This document shows positions 16,909 through 29,480 of a stretch of DNA of 64,000 bases, one piece after another. The notes beneath the pieces are model-generated. The model did no database searches. It was not told where the DNA came from and saw only the letters and a list, made by a program, of their open reading frames with translations. Location: the NCBI RefSeq assembly GCF_009914755.1, contig NC_060932.1. One strand, 5' to 3'. Made by a program: the position numbers and the translations under genes. How positions within the stretch are numbered: position 1 is the first letter of the stretch; each line of letters starts with the position of its first letter. Origin of the DNA: the human T2T-CHM13v2.0 reference genome, Homo sapiens.

Positions 16909-17424
16909 TTATATATATACATATATATGTAGTTCAGGTTTCCAAAAGCAAGTGTCCCAGTGGACAAAATAGAAACTTCACTGCCTTCTATGATTTATCT
17001 TTGGAAGTTGCACAACATCAGTTCCCAGGAATTATATGATTACATGCAGTAATTAAAATTGGCTGAAATTTATGGGGAAACATAACACTAGGTTATATTC
17101 TTCCAGAAATTTCTCCATTTTATTATTTTAAAATTTATTGGTATAGTTATTGTTAGAATTATGTTTATCTTAATTTGTTCACCAGCAGTAGAAAAAAATT
17201 ACGTTTATGTTTTAAATATTTGCTCAAACTGTAATTATCTGCATTTATGTTATATATTTGTGTCTTTTTTCTTAAAGTCAATATATTTGTAATTTTTTTA
17301 AACAAACTTATGGATTTGTTGATTCTCTCTATTTTAACTTTGTTTTTTATTTTGTTGCTTTCTGCTCCTTTCTTTTAACTCCTTTGGGTTCATTCTGTTT
17401 TTCCTATTTTTTAAAAAATTAAAA

Positions 17425-17763
17425 ATTATTTTCTAGTGACAGGGTTTTGCTCTGTCACCCAGGCTGGAGTGCAGTGATATGATCATAGCTCACTGTAACT
17501 TCAAACTCCTGGGCTCAGTAATTCTCTTGCCTCAGCCTCCTGAGTAGCTAGGACTGTAGGCACATGTCACCACACCTGGCTAATTTAAAAATTTTGCTGT
17601 ATAGATAGGATTTCAGATCACTTCTTGGCCTTTTGGCTGAGCTCAAGTGAGATGGGATTTCACTGCATTGTCCAGGCTGGTCTCAAATTCCTGGGCTCAA
17701 GTGATCCTCCTGCCTTGGCCTCCCAAAGTGTTGGGAGTACAGGTGTTAGCCACCATTCCCAGT
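17425..17763 (-). mobile_element. Alu (AluJ-like) interrupted by a U2 fragment
   Basis: AluJ-type tcatagctcactg...ctcctgggctca; left arm interrupted at 17616-17649. Confidence 0.9.
17617..17649 (+). pseudogene. Tailless, 3'-truncated U2 snRNA retrocopy (nt ~1-33)
   Basis: atcacttcttggccttttggctgagctcaagtg vs U2 5' end ATCGCTTCTCGGCCTTTTGGCTAAGATCAAGTG (4 mismatches); flanked by agataggatttca (17603-17615) and agatgggatttca (17650-17662). Confidence 0.9.
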
Positions 17764-17769
17764 CCTGTT

Positions 17770-18440
17770 TTTCCTATTTTTTCTCACTTTTGGCTTTATA
17801 CATAATTCTTGGTCAACTATTATTTTCTTTTAACATGTTGTAGTTATTCCACTTATCTTCTGGTCTCCATTATTGTTGAAAAGTTTGCCTTTGTTTATTT
17901 CAGCTGCCCTTCCAAGTGATATAGCCCTTCTTGCTCTATATATTCATGATGTTCTCAATTTTGGTGCTCTCTAGTTTCACTGTGAGTGATCTCTTTATCA
18001 AGTTTTCTCAGGATATGTAGTGATTGTTGGGTCCATGGATTCATAGTTAATATAATTTCTGGAAAATCTGCAGCCAGACATTGTATCTTCAAAATTCTCT
18101 CAATTTCCTCTTTTGGATGTCACTTAGTAGGTATTATATCTTCTCACCTTCTATATGTCTTCAGCTCTTCATATTTTTCATTTTTTTCTCTCTTTGCTAT
18201 ATTCTAAATTCTTTGAATATGCCTTCCAGTTCACTAATTCTCTTGTCAACTGTATCTAATCTCTGTAAAATTTAGCCCAATTATTTGAGATTTTGAATCC
18301 AATAATTATACATTTTATTCTTGGAGGTTAGTATTTAAAAATTCTGTCTGTTCATTATTAATTGTTTATTTTTATATACTCATTTTTGTAATTTCATCCT
18401 TCATTTCCTTAAACATTTCATATAAAGTTCTTTAGTATGT
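17770..18440 (-). mobile_element. Ancient L1M (ORF1-region) remnant; related sequence also at ~17100-17420
   Basis: T-rich L1 antisense signature (ttccacttatcttctggtctccatt...ttccagttcactaattctcttgtcaactgtatctaatct). Confidence 0.6.
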
Positions 18441-19830
18441 TGTATCTCTTGCTGAATAGCTAAACTTCTGGTGTGTTTGGCAACACACCAAACACACCAG
18501 TGGGTTGCCAGGGAAGCAACACGCCTGACCTGGGGGAAGCTTTCTTCCCAGGAGAATTTATTCTTCTATGAATAGCTTGGGGGCATCCCTACTTAGGGTC
18601 TACTTCAGCCTTTCCTGAAGGTTTTGTGTTAGAATGGATATCTCAAACTTGGCTTCCTCCTCAATGATCTTCTGTAGGTCAACATTCCTACAACTGTCTA
18701 GCCATATAACCAAGGACTCAGGGTAGCCAACCTCCACTGTGGGTCCATGTTGCTTAATTCCCACATTGACTCTACCCTCTGGCTTTCTGCTGTTCTGCCC
18801 ATGCTTCCTGGTGTTCTTGCCCTGACAATTCTACCTGCCAAATCCTTAACTCTTGCCTACTCCAGCCCTACCCTTTCCACTCTCCCCCACAACAAGCTCT
18901 AGCTCTTATTTGTTGTTTGTTGTTGTTTTTTGGAGTTGTCCCTAAAGAACTCTCCTACATTTTGGAAGAGTAGAAACACCTCAAAGAGTGTCATATCTGT
19001 TTCTGTGGACTAGTTGTGGCTAGGAAGTTTCCCCAGCATGCCTAGCTACTCATGAGACCAGAAATGGAGGCCTACTCTGTTTTCATTCTTGGGTTTTAAA
19101 TTTTTCTGAATAGAATTTCCACTTACCAATAAAACTTAAAGGATGGAATTGAGCACATCCTCTTTATCAAAATCAAAAGGAAGGAACTTAGAGATTTCTC
19201 ATGTTGCATAGAATTTATCTTTCATGGAAACTCCAATAGATGGGCCTTGGCTTCCTGTAATGCTGGTTGAAAAGAATTCTAAGGCCATGTCCAGATTTAG
19301 TGGAAATAGACCATGATTAACGAGCATTGTCCTCTAAAGGTATAGGAAGGTGGAATGACAGCACATGAACTTCATAGCTCATCCTTGAATATCATTTAGT
19401 TCAAACTTTGGATTTCACAGATGAGAGAAATGAATTCAGCTTAATTAATTGACCTGCCCAAGGCCACATAGTGAAAGTGGCTACTAAGATGACTAAGATG
19501 AAGTCTTCAAAACTCAGTCCAGCACATGTTCCTCTATGCTACACCTCACACAAGAGTTCTCCTTCCCATTTCCCTATTATTGTCAGTGATACTGTTGATT
19601 ATCCAGGAATTCCTGGTCAAAACCTAGAAATTGTGCTATTCATTCCAGTCTTTCATCCTTCAACAGGTGAATCTGTTGCTTTAGTCTTTGAAATAAATCA
19701 CAACTTTCCTTTCCTTTCCTATCTCTTTGCATCACTGTAGTCAGGGACATCAACTCAACCTAAGTTTCTGTGAATGTTGTTGCTCTCACTGTCTCTGGAC
19801 TCGTTCTAACCATTGTGAAACATAGAAGGT

Positions 19831-20097
19831 GGCCAGGCTCGGTGGCTCATGCCTATAATCCCGGCACTTTGGGAGGCCGAGGTGGACAGATCACCTGAAA
19901 CCCCATCTCTACTAAAGATACAAAAATTAGCCGGGTGTGGTGGCAGGTGCCTGTAATCCCAGCTACTCAGGAGGCTGAGGCAGGAGAAGTGCTTGAATCT
20001 GGGGGGCAGAGGTTGCAGTGAGCCGAGAGGGCATCACTGCACTCCAGCCTGGGCAAGAGTGAGACTCTGCCTCAAAAAGAAAAGAAAAAAAAAGAAA
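19831..20097 (+). mobile_element. Alu (AluSx-like) with an internal left-arm deletion
   Basis: gatcacctga joined directly to aaccccatctctac; imperfect TSD aaacatagaaggt/aaacatggaaagt. Confidence 0.92.
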
Positions 20098-22549
20098 AAC
20101 ATGGAAAGTTTTATATTGTTGTTAAATTTTTAGCTGTATGTTTCACATTTTTCCACAAGAGAAGCCCATTTAAGCTGTAAGCCTTGTAATTTTCTGATTC
20201 CATCACCCAGAGCCTTGGCCTTTGCACTCAGAACTTTTCTTTCCTGGCTCCTAATCTCTGGCATTTTGCCAACAGGGCTGGGAGGTGGCCAGGCCAGTGC
20301 CCTGGAGGCATAAAAAAGTGGCAGGCAGGGTTAGTGGCAATGGAAATAGAATGACCTGTGCTGTTGGGTTAATTGTAGATGATGATAATAGAATGAGCTA
20401 CTCCTTTAAAGAAGGAATTTAGGTCCTAGAACTAAATTTATAGCCCCCTTTTTTTTATGGACTTGTGAGCAGATTTTCCCATTTCCCAGTTCAAGTGACC
20501 TATGCACACATTTTGAGTAGCAACAGGAAATGTGAGAGTCCAGTTATTTTACTCCCACTCTTTTCCTTGTCTTTCTGGGGGAAAATGCTTCCATACGCAT
20601 AGTAATATACATATTTTAAACAAGAAAGAAGATAACAAGGTCAATAATGTAGGAATGAGTGGTGCAGTAGTCTTAAAAACAACCAAGAAGTCACATAGTT
20701 ATCTGCAAAGAAAAAATAAAAAAGATCAACATGTAGTTAAACTCTTTGGAAACATTGCTTTAAATGAGACCTAAGTGGGCTTAGGAATCAGACATGAAAT
20801 ACTGCGGGAAGAATGTGAAGAGATCAGGGATTGGCATTTTTGATTACAAGAAATAAAGGTACATTACCAGATTTCTCCTGCCATACATGGTTTGAAAGCA
20901 CATTTTAGATACAGCAAGACCAGTTTCCAATGACTAAATCTACTTAGGTCTAAGGCATGGTGAAATCTTCTCAACTGCAACCCTAGGGGGATGTCCCAGG
21001 AATGCATTGCTTTTCTTTCCCTTTGGAGTCCCAGCACCATGTCTTGGCACAGGAAACCCCTGGCCCTCTGGACTGGCTCCTGACCATGCAATGCTGTGCA
21101 TCTCTGTGGCTCTGTCCCTTCCCCCATTTCCCCTTAACCTATGGAGCTTGGTGTCTGTGTTCTGTGGCCAAGTGTGGCTCAACTCTTCCCCAGGGTGTGG
21201 ACTATTCCTGATTTAATAGTGGGTCCTTAGAGCAGCTCAGCTTGGCTTGTTTGTCCTGCCTGAAATGACGCTCAGCACACAGTGGGCTCTACTGCAGGGT
21301 GCTGGGGTGCTCTGTGGCTCTAAGCGATACTTCACACCACCATAAACACCATCCTCCCATGTAAAGTTCAGTTGGAGTCTTTGGTTGCCAGGCAATGCTA
21401 TTTAATGAGGGTAAAGAGTGCTTGAACACATCTACAACTTGGCAGCCCTTCTACTTCTTATAAGCTACCATATGCATTGGAGACAAAAGTCTTCCATAGG
21501 CTACTTTTTAATGGGACAAGTTTACTTAAGAGCTGAGAGGAGATGGTGCCAGTAGTCTTGTTTTGTTCCTGTCCAATATTAGCCTTGTCAAAAGTCTTAT
21601 AGAGTTTCCTGGGTATTTCTTTATTACATTCCATGTAAAGCTCTCTTGGGGAGCCAAGAATTTTGGCTGTAGTATATATAGAGGGCTCATAATATGGGCG
21701 TGTGTGCAAGTGTGTTTGTTTTTGAGTTTTAGAGGTAGCCCTATAAAAAGGCAGTGCAATAATGATGAAGTTCTTGCTATTTCCTTCTTACTGTTGATGA
21801 AATTCATCAACCTCCTTGCTGATGGAAGTGCAGTCTCTTGCTAAAGTCTGGATGTCCTGTTAGATTTGCATTAATAGAACAACGAAACACATGTTACACT
21901 CAATACTATTTTAATTAAAATTAATACATGCCTTTTAGTTAGAGTGGGTAATATACGTTTGAACTGGGTTAAAAATTATTTTTCTCATGGTACATTTTGG
22001 AAGGAACTATGTCTTTTAAATGAATGCCTATCAGCTGGCCATCTCTCCCACGAATTCCTGAAAGGTGCTGGGAGGTTATGCAGGGGTCTAACTTTTTGAG
22101 CACTCTTTATAAAAGGCTACATAGGTTTGCTTCTCTCTGGCTGAGGACCCGCACTGGCTCTCTGGAAGCATGATGAATGCAGTGATTCCTCCTAGTTTGG
22201 GCCCTGGGACCTACCACTTCACCCAGGTCTTCAACTGGTCTTGGTTTGTTTTCCGTTTATCATCTGTATGACTGGATCTGAGTGTATATGCTAATGACAT
22301 GATCTGTAGTATTGTTCAGGTCTGTTGAGATACTAGGTGACGTTTCAACATGGAAACATGTCTGAGACAGACCACATGTGAGTGAAAGGAAAGTCCAAGA
22401 GCCACTCTCAGAAGCAGGGGCTCAGAAGCTCAAGGAGGCTTGCCTGGGTCTGAAGATGTCTGCAAGGAGCAAGTGCTGAATATCTGGATCGGAGAAGAAC
22501 TACGCTCTTCCAGGGTAGTGGGTCAAAACTAGTTTTAGCCCTATTTCCT

Positions 22550-22940
22550 TTTCATTCATTCATTCAGCCAATATTTATTGGCTGTGTACTTGAGTACTCT
22601 GTGCCAGGCATGCTATTTCTTTGGGTACTGGGCCGTGAATATGAATGGAACGAAATCTTCTCTTTCCCTAAAGACACTGCCTATTGATGGGGAAGGCAGA
22701 GGCATGCAAACAGTTTTAGTCCTTCAATCATGCAATACATATTTGCTGTTGCCTGTTATATACCAAGCACTGTTCTAGGTGTGTTGAGGGTACAGCAGAG
22801 AACAAAATAGGCAATTCTTATTCTTGCCTTTATGAAACTTATCTTCTAGTCAATAATGACAATTTGATGCCACCAGACCCTGCCAGGCTGCCTGCTTCTG
22901 TCAGGAAAGGTTTCACAGAGGAGGAAGCAGCTCAACTATA
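22550..22940 (+). mobile_element. L2 LINE 3'-end remnants (two pieces; orientation uncertain)
   Basis: ttcattcattcattc...atatttattg...tactctgtgccaggca; ataccaagcactgttctagg...aacaaaataggca. Confidence 0.6.
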
Positions 22941-22959
22941 ATGCAGGTGATTAGTAGGT

Positions 22960-23423
<464 letters not shown>

Positions 23424-23441
23424 TCACTGAATAATATTGTA

Positions 23442-23802
<361 letters not shown>

Positions 23803-26447
23803 TTTTTAAAAAATTTATCAAAAAACAAAACCAAATAGGAGTTTACTGAAAGCACGTACATTTTGGTAGCTCTGATTAGAAGAAATTAACTTAGAAATAC
23901 CATTACTCAGGAAAACAATATGTACAAAATCTCAGGAAAGGGAGAATAAGGCAACTTGCAAAGAATTCAACTTGAACAGGCCTGAATTACTACAAATGTC
24001 ATGCGGCAAAATCATACAAAACACAACAGAGAGGCATTCATGAGAAAACTGTGTGCTTCAGGCCTGGGAGTGAGCACTCTAGTTTCCAGTTTCTTGGAGA
24101 ACAGCCCATGATTCTCTGGGGCAGAGAGGCTGGCTGGAGCATGACGGTCTCACTGCCAACTGCGCGGAACTAACCCACGCCCTGTGTACAGGCTAAACAT
24201 GTGGAAGGAGGCCACCAGATGAGTCACCCCCATGAATCCTGGAAGAGAGGAGTGCTCTCTGCAGAGTGTACAGACCTAGCAGGGACCGCTGGACCACGAT
24301 GGCATAGAGATGATTACTCTGTGCCTGTCACTGAAAACCCTAGACTAATCTAAGCCCTACAATTCCCTTATCCAAATTACCACTAACTAGAAAGGTAGAA
24401 GAGAAGGTAGAAGCTGCCTCCAAACCAATTTTTGGTCTTTGGTAAATAGGGCGAACACAAAACACTGTTCCACAGGCAGTTAGAAAAGAACTGCTGGGTA
24501 CAGCAGGGGGAAGATCTCAAGTTCTATTTAATGCTCTTCCTAGCAGGAGAGGGAAGATAAGGAGGAAGAGGAGGAGGAGGAGAGGAAGGAGGAGGTGGAG
24601 GAGGAGAGGAAGGAGGAGGAGGAGAGGAGGAGAGGAAGGAAGAGGAGGAGAGGAGGAGAAGAAGGAGGAGGAGAGGAGGAGGAGGAGAAGGAGGATGAGG
24701 AGAGGGAGGAGGAGGAGAAGGAGGATGAGGAGAGGGAGGAGGAGGAGGTGAGGAAAGGGGAGGAGGAGGAGAAGGAGGATGAGGAGAGGGAGGAGGAGGA
24801 GGAGGTGAGGAAAGGGGAGGAGGAGGAGGTGAGGAAAGGGGAGGAGGAGAGGAGGAGAGGAAAGAGGAGGAGGAGAGGAGGAGAAGTAGGAGGAGAGGAG
24901 GAGAAGAAGGAGGAGGAGAGGGAGGAGGAGGAGAGGGAGGAGGAGGAGAGGGAGGAGGAGGAGAGGGAGGAGGAGGAGAGGGAGGAGGAGGAGGACAGGG
25001 AGGAGAAGGAGGAGGAGGAAAAGGAGGAGGAAGAGAGGAAGGAGGAGGAGGAAGAGAAGAAGGAGGAGGAGGAGGAGGAGGAGCAGGAGCTGGGATTGGA
25101 GGGCAGACGCCTGTTTTGCTACTGTAGACACTGGACTTGTCTTGCTCTGCTGCCTGGGCCTATGTGTCCATTGCCCCCCACTTTCTGGATGTGCCCTTTC
25201 AGAGCCCAGAACTCTCACTTCTCTGAGCCTAACCTCCCAGCCTCAGGCATACACAGAGTAGAAATGCCGGATGCTGGGGGTCCTCTGAGGAGGGTGAACG
25301 GCAGTTTTCCTGAGAACATGGCATTCTTCCACATCACCCCCATTGCAGGTAGGGTTGGGCAAACAAGAGACTGAGTTACAGGAGGCAGAAGGCAGCTGCC
25401 CTGAGAGCAAGATAATTCAGCTGGAAGGGTGACAGGAAGCTTCAGTGCATGGAGGCAGCAGGGAGTGGCCAGGGTCACCTGGACAGGGAGGCATGGACAG
25501 CACAACTGTATCTAAGTGATACAGGGACAGTGTATCTCCCCCTCCTGAATTCCCCAGAGGAACATTGCTTCTAATTCTGGAACTTCACACTCAAACCATC
25601 AAGGAGCCTGAAGTGAAGAGGTCTCTTCTGGTCCCAGATAGCCCACTGAAGGCCCATCTGTGAAGGCTGGCTTCTCGTAGGTGGGTCTGTAGGCTGCTGC
25701 AGATTTGGGCAAGACCACTGGAGAGCTTCTTTGTGCTTTCCAAGACCCTGGATCTAGTTTTGCAGTGTGGCCCCTGGCAAGTCACTGGCCCATAACAGCA
25801 GCCTTGCTCTGATGGGCCTCAGCCAGGGAGAGCTCTCTGCTGCTGGAGAGAGGGCTGCCATGCACTGAGATCGCAGGAATCCATGCTGTGGCTGCTGGTG
25901 CACAGGCCAGGGGGCTTGAAGAACCCTCAAGCCAAGCCTGGGTGTCAGGCCCAGTGTTGACTTCACCATAGGCAGCTCCAGCCAGCCTCCACTGGGGCCA
26001 CAGTGCCACAACGGCTTTGACATCTTGCCTTTCCTTTTCCTAGTATAAACTGGGTTCTCTTCTTCCATGGAGGATCCCTTTCGACTCTTGCAGTTTGAAG
26101 ATTCTTCTGTATATTTTCTCTTCTTCCACCGTGGTTTCATCCACTTGTATTGCTTTCTGTGCTGTGGCAGGTTTCAGGGCTGTCTGCAAAGCTCTGGCTG
26201 TGAGTGTGTGTATTTCTGTGCCATCCAGGTCAGCTGCCACCACCTCTTGGTCCAGGCACTGTTTGTTTCTTCCAAGGACAAAGTAGTTGAGCCAGGGCAT
26301 CTCCTGCAGCACTGTGGGGAGCTGAGGACGCCATGGTTGTGCAGGTTCTCGCTCTCTGTGAAGAGTTCTTCCTGTCTCACTGAGTTAGCTTAAATTGTGC
26401 CGTCCTCCATGGCTGAAGTCATTAAGAAAGGACTTGAAGGAGTTGAC
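23803..26447 (-). pseudogene. CDCA8 (pseudogene): Processed pseudogene of CDCA8 (Borealin); CDS-homologous part ~25675-26447, putative 3'UTR to ~23805
   Basis: Minus-strand peptides [19 protein letters not shown]...[56 protein letters not shown] and KKLSSGLAQICSSLQTH align in order to Borealin (LREMNWLDYFALGGNKQAL...[74 protein letters not shown]). No introns, several frameshifts, no start ATG. The 3'UTR extent is inferred from AGTAAA (minus strand, 23842-23847) and a short A-run. Confidence 0.88.
24545..25090. repeat. Polypurine (GGA/GAG)n low-complexity tract with higher-order units
   Basis: Nearly all A/G on +; repeated 18-mer gagagggaggaggaggag and longer gaggagaaggaggatgaggagaggg / gaggtgaggaaagggg units. 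Confidence 0.97.
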
Positions 26448-26911
26448 TACAGTCTCAAAATGTATTCCTCCTATATCCTTTGACCAGCACCAAAGGATAC
26501 AAAAATAATTATTCTTTACTCAGTGCTGTCACATTCGCTGTTAATTCTGGTGGACACCTTCACACCATAGTGATGTGTTACAAGGGCTATCATATTCTTT
26601 CCATTGCAGACCTCTGATAGTCTCAGTGTGGCCCAGAGCATTGCATAGGGAAGGCTCTCCCAGAGAGCCTTTATTTAATGGCTGACAGGATGATGCTGTT
26701 ATAGTGATGAAAATGGTATTTTTGAAGAGAGGCCAGCAATTGTAACAGAAATAATAATCTGTTTCTAGTAAAAAGTTCATATTAAAACCACTTGTTCCAC
26801 ATTACAGAAATTTTTCTGGGACTAGGAATCAGTAGCAGGGGCAGAACCCTCATGCAAGCCCAGCTCTCTGGAGGGTAAAGTTGTTTAGGGCACAGGGTTT
26901 TTGCCTTATGG

Positions 26912-27134
<223 letters not shown>

Positions 27135-27412
27135 TAATAAATAAATATGAGTGGAGAGAGTAAGATTAGAATACAGTAGTGCCCCCTCATCCACAGTTAT
27201 GTTTTCTGAGTTATCAGTTACCTGCAGCCAACTGTGGTCCAAAAATATTAAATGGAAAATTCCATAAATAAACAATTTATAGGTAGTGTGATGAATAAAC
27301 AATTTATGGGTAGTGTGATGAACTCTTGCATCATCCCCATTCTGTCTACCCTGGAACGTGGCTGCTCCATTTGTCCTGCGAATCCACGCTATATACCTTG
27401 GTCACTTAATAG

Positions 27413-27770
<358 letters not shown>

Positions 27771-27955
27771 GCTACCCTTATTTTACTTAGTAACAGCCCC
27801 AAAGTGCAATAGTGTTGATGCTGGCAATTCAGATATGCCAAAAGAAAAAAAAAGCTGCCAAATGCTTCCTTTAAGTGGAAAGGTGAAAGTTCTCCACTTA
27901 ATAAGAAAAGAAAAAAAAATTGAATGCTGAGATTGCTAAGATCTATGGTAAGAAC

Positions 27956-28412
27956 TGTGAAAGGAAAATATCTTGGGCCCCCAAAATCACTAAGCTAAAG
28001 GGAAAATTCAAGCTGGGAACTGCTTAGTGTAAACCTGCCTTCCATTCTATTCAGTCATCCTCCTGCTCACTGAGATAGATGCATATCTGATTGCCTCCTT
28101 TGGAAAGAGTAATCAGAAACTCAAAAGAATGCAACCATTTGTCTCTCACCTACCTGTGACCTGGAAGCCCCCTCCCAGCTTTGAGTTGCTTCCAGTTGTC
28201 CCACCTTTCTGGACCAAACTGGTGTTCATTTTACATATATCGATTGATGTCTCATGTCTCCCTAAAATGTATAAAACCAAGCTGTGCTCTGACCACCTTA
28301 AGCACATGTCCTCAGGACCTCCTGAGGCTGTGTCACAAGCGTGCGTCCTCAACCTTGGCAAAATAAACTTTCTAAATTAACTGAGACCTGTCTCAAATGT
28401 TCACGGTTCACA
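27956..28412 (+). mobile_element. MER4A-like ERV1 solo LTR nested in MER44
   Basis: TG...CA termini (tgtgaaaggaaaatatcttgggcccccaaaatcactaagc ... ttcaca), 4-bp TSD gaac, aataaa near the 3' end. Confidence 0.88.
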
Positions 28413-28532
28413 GAACTAATCTTCTATCTGTGAAATTGTGAAGAAGGAAAAATACTGTGTTAGATTTAGTGTTGCACCTCAAACTTTATCATATGTATGT
28501 ATGTATATATATATGTATATATAAGAAAAAAG

Positions 28533-28806
28533 AACCAGGCACAGTGGCTCATGCCTGTAATCCCAGCACTTTGGGAGGCCGTGGTGGGAGGACCACTTGA
28601 GCTCAGGAGGTAAAGACCAGCCTGGACAACATGGCGAGACCCCATCGATACAAAAATTATAAAAATAAGCTGGGCATGGTGGCACGCACTTGTAGTCCCA
28701 GCTACTCGGTAGGCTGAGGTGGGAGGATTGCTTGAGCCTGGGAGTTTAATGCTGCAGTGGGCTTTGATTAAAAAAAAAAGAAGAAGAAAAGAAAAGAAAG
28801 AAAAAA
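28533..28806 (+). mobile_element. Alu (AluJ-like), 3' part of right arm missing
   Basis: ttgagcctgggagtt...gctgcagtgg followed directly by an A-rich tail. Confidence 0.88.
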
Positions 28807-29099
28807 CATAAGAGGCATGGGACTTTGGATTTGGTACTATCTCCCGTCTCAGGCATCTACTGGGGGTCTTCGAACATATCTCCTGCACATAAGGAAAAAG
28901 ACTGTTTATGTTATTATGGTTGATAGTTTTCTAGAAATCCTAATGATTGACAACCCTTTTAACTGCAATTGACAACCATAAAACCCTAAAAAATGCAACT
29001 GGACATTTTGAAAAGGCCTACCGTATGGTCTGCAAATTTTTCAGTTGTTCAGAGATGAAGGGCAATTAAAGATTACTTGTTAATCAATCAATGACACTT

Positions 29100-29480
29100 A
29101 ATGATTGCTTTCTCTGTATAAAGATGTTGAGTTAGAGGCATTTTGGGATTCAGAGGTGAGTAACATACAGTCTCTGCCCTCAAAGAGTTCATAGTCTCTA
29201 GAGACAAATACATAAATATTGCAATACAGTGCAGACTACGATTATACCTAAGAGGATAGAGAAAGCATTTCTGAGATTTATAAGAGGGAAAAATACAATC
29301 TGGTAAGGGAATCAAGAAAGCTTTATGGAAGAGTTTTTACTTGAGATGAACATTGAAGACTGGGTGGAGAGCCGCTGGAAGAGGTGGTGAGGGAGGACAT
29401 TGCCCAGGCAAATGTGCAAAGCAGAGAGAGCAAGGCCTGTGCAGAGCCGTGGGCTGTGCTGGGACATGGGAAGGGAAGCA
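29100..29480 (+). mobile_element. L2 LINE remnant (orientation uncertain)
   Basis: cagtctctgccctcaaagagttcatagtct...aatcaagaaagctttatggaagag...ggacattgcccaggca. Confidence 0.6.

Noticed and set aside
24517-25374. 259-aa Glu-rich and 233-aa Leu-rich ORFs
   Set aside because: Products of the GGA/TCC tract; the + ORF begins at GTG and is open only because the tract is nearly all purine.
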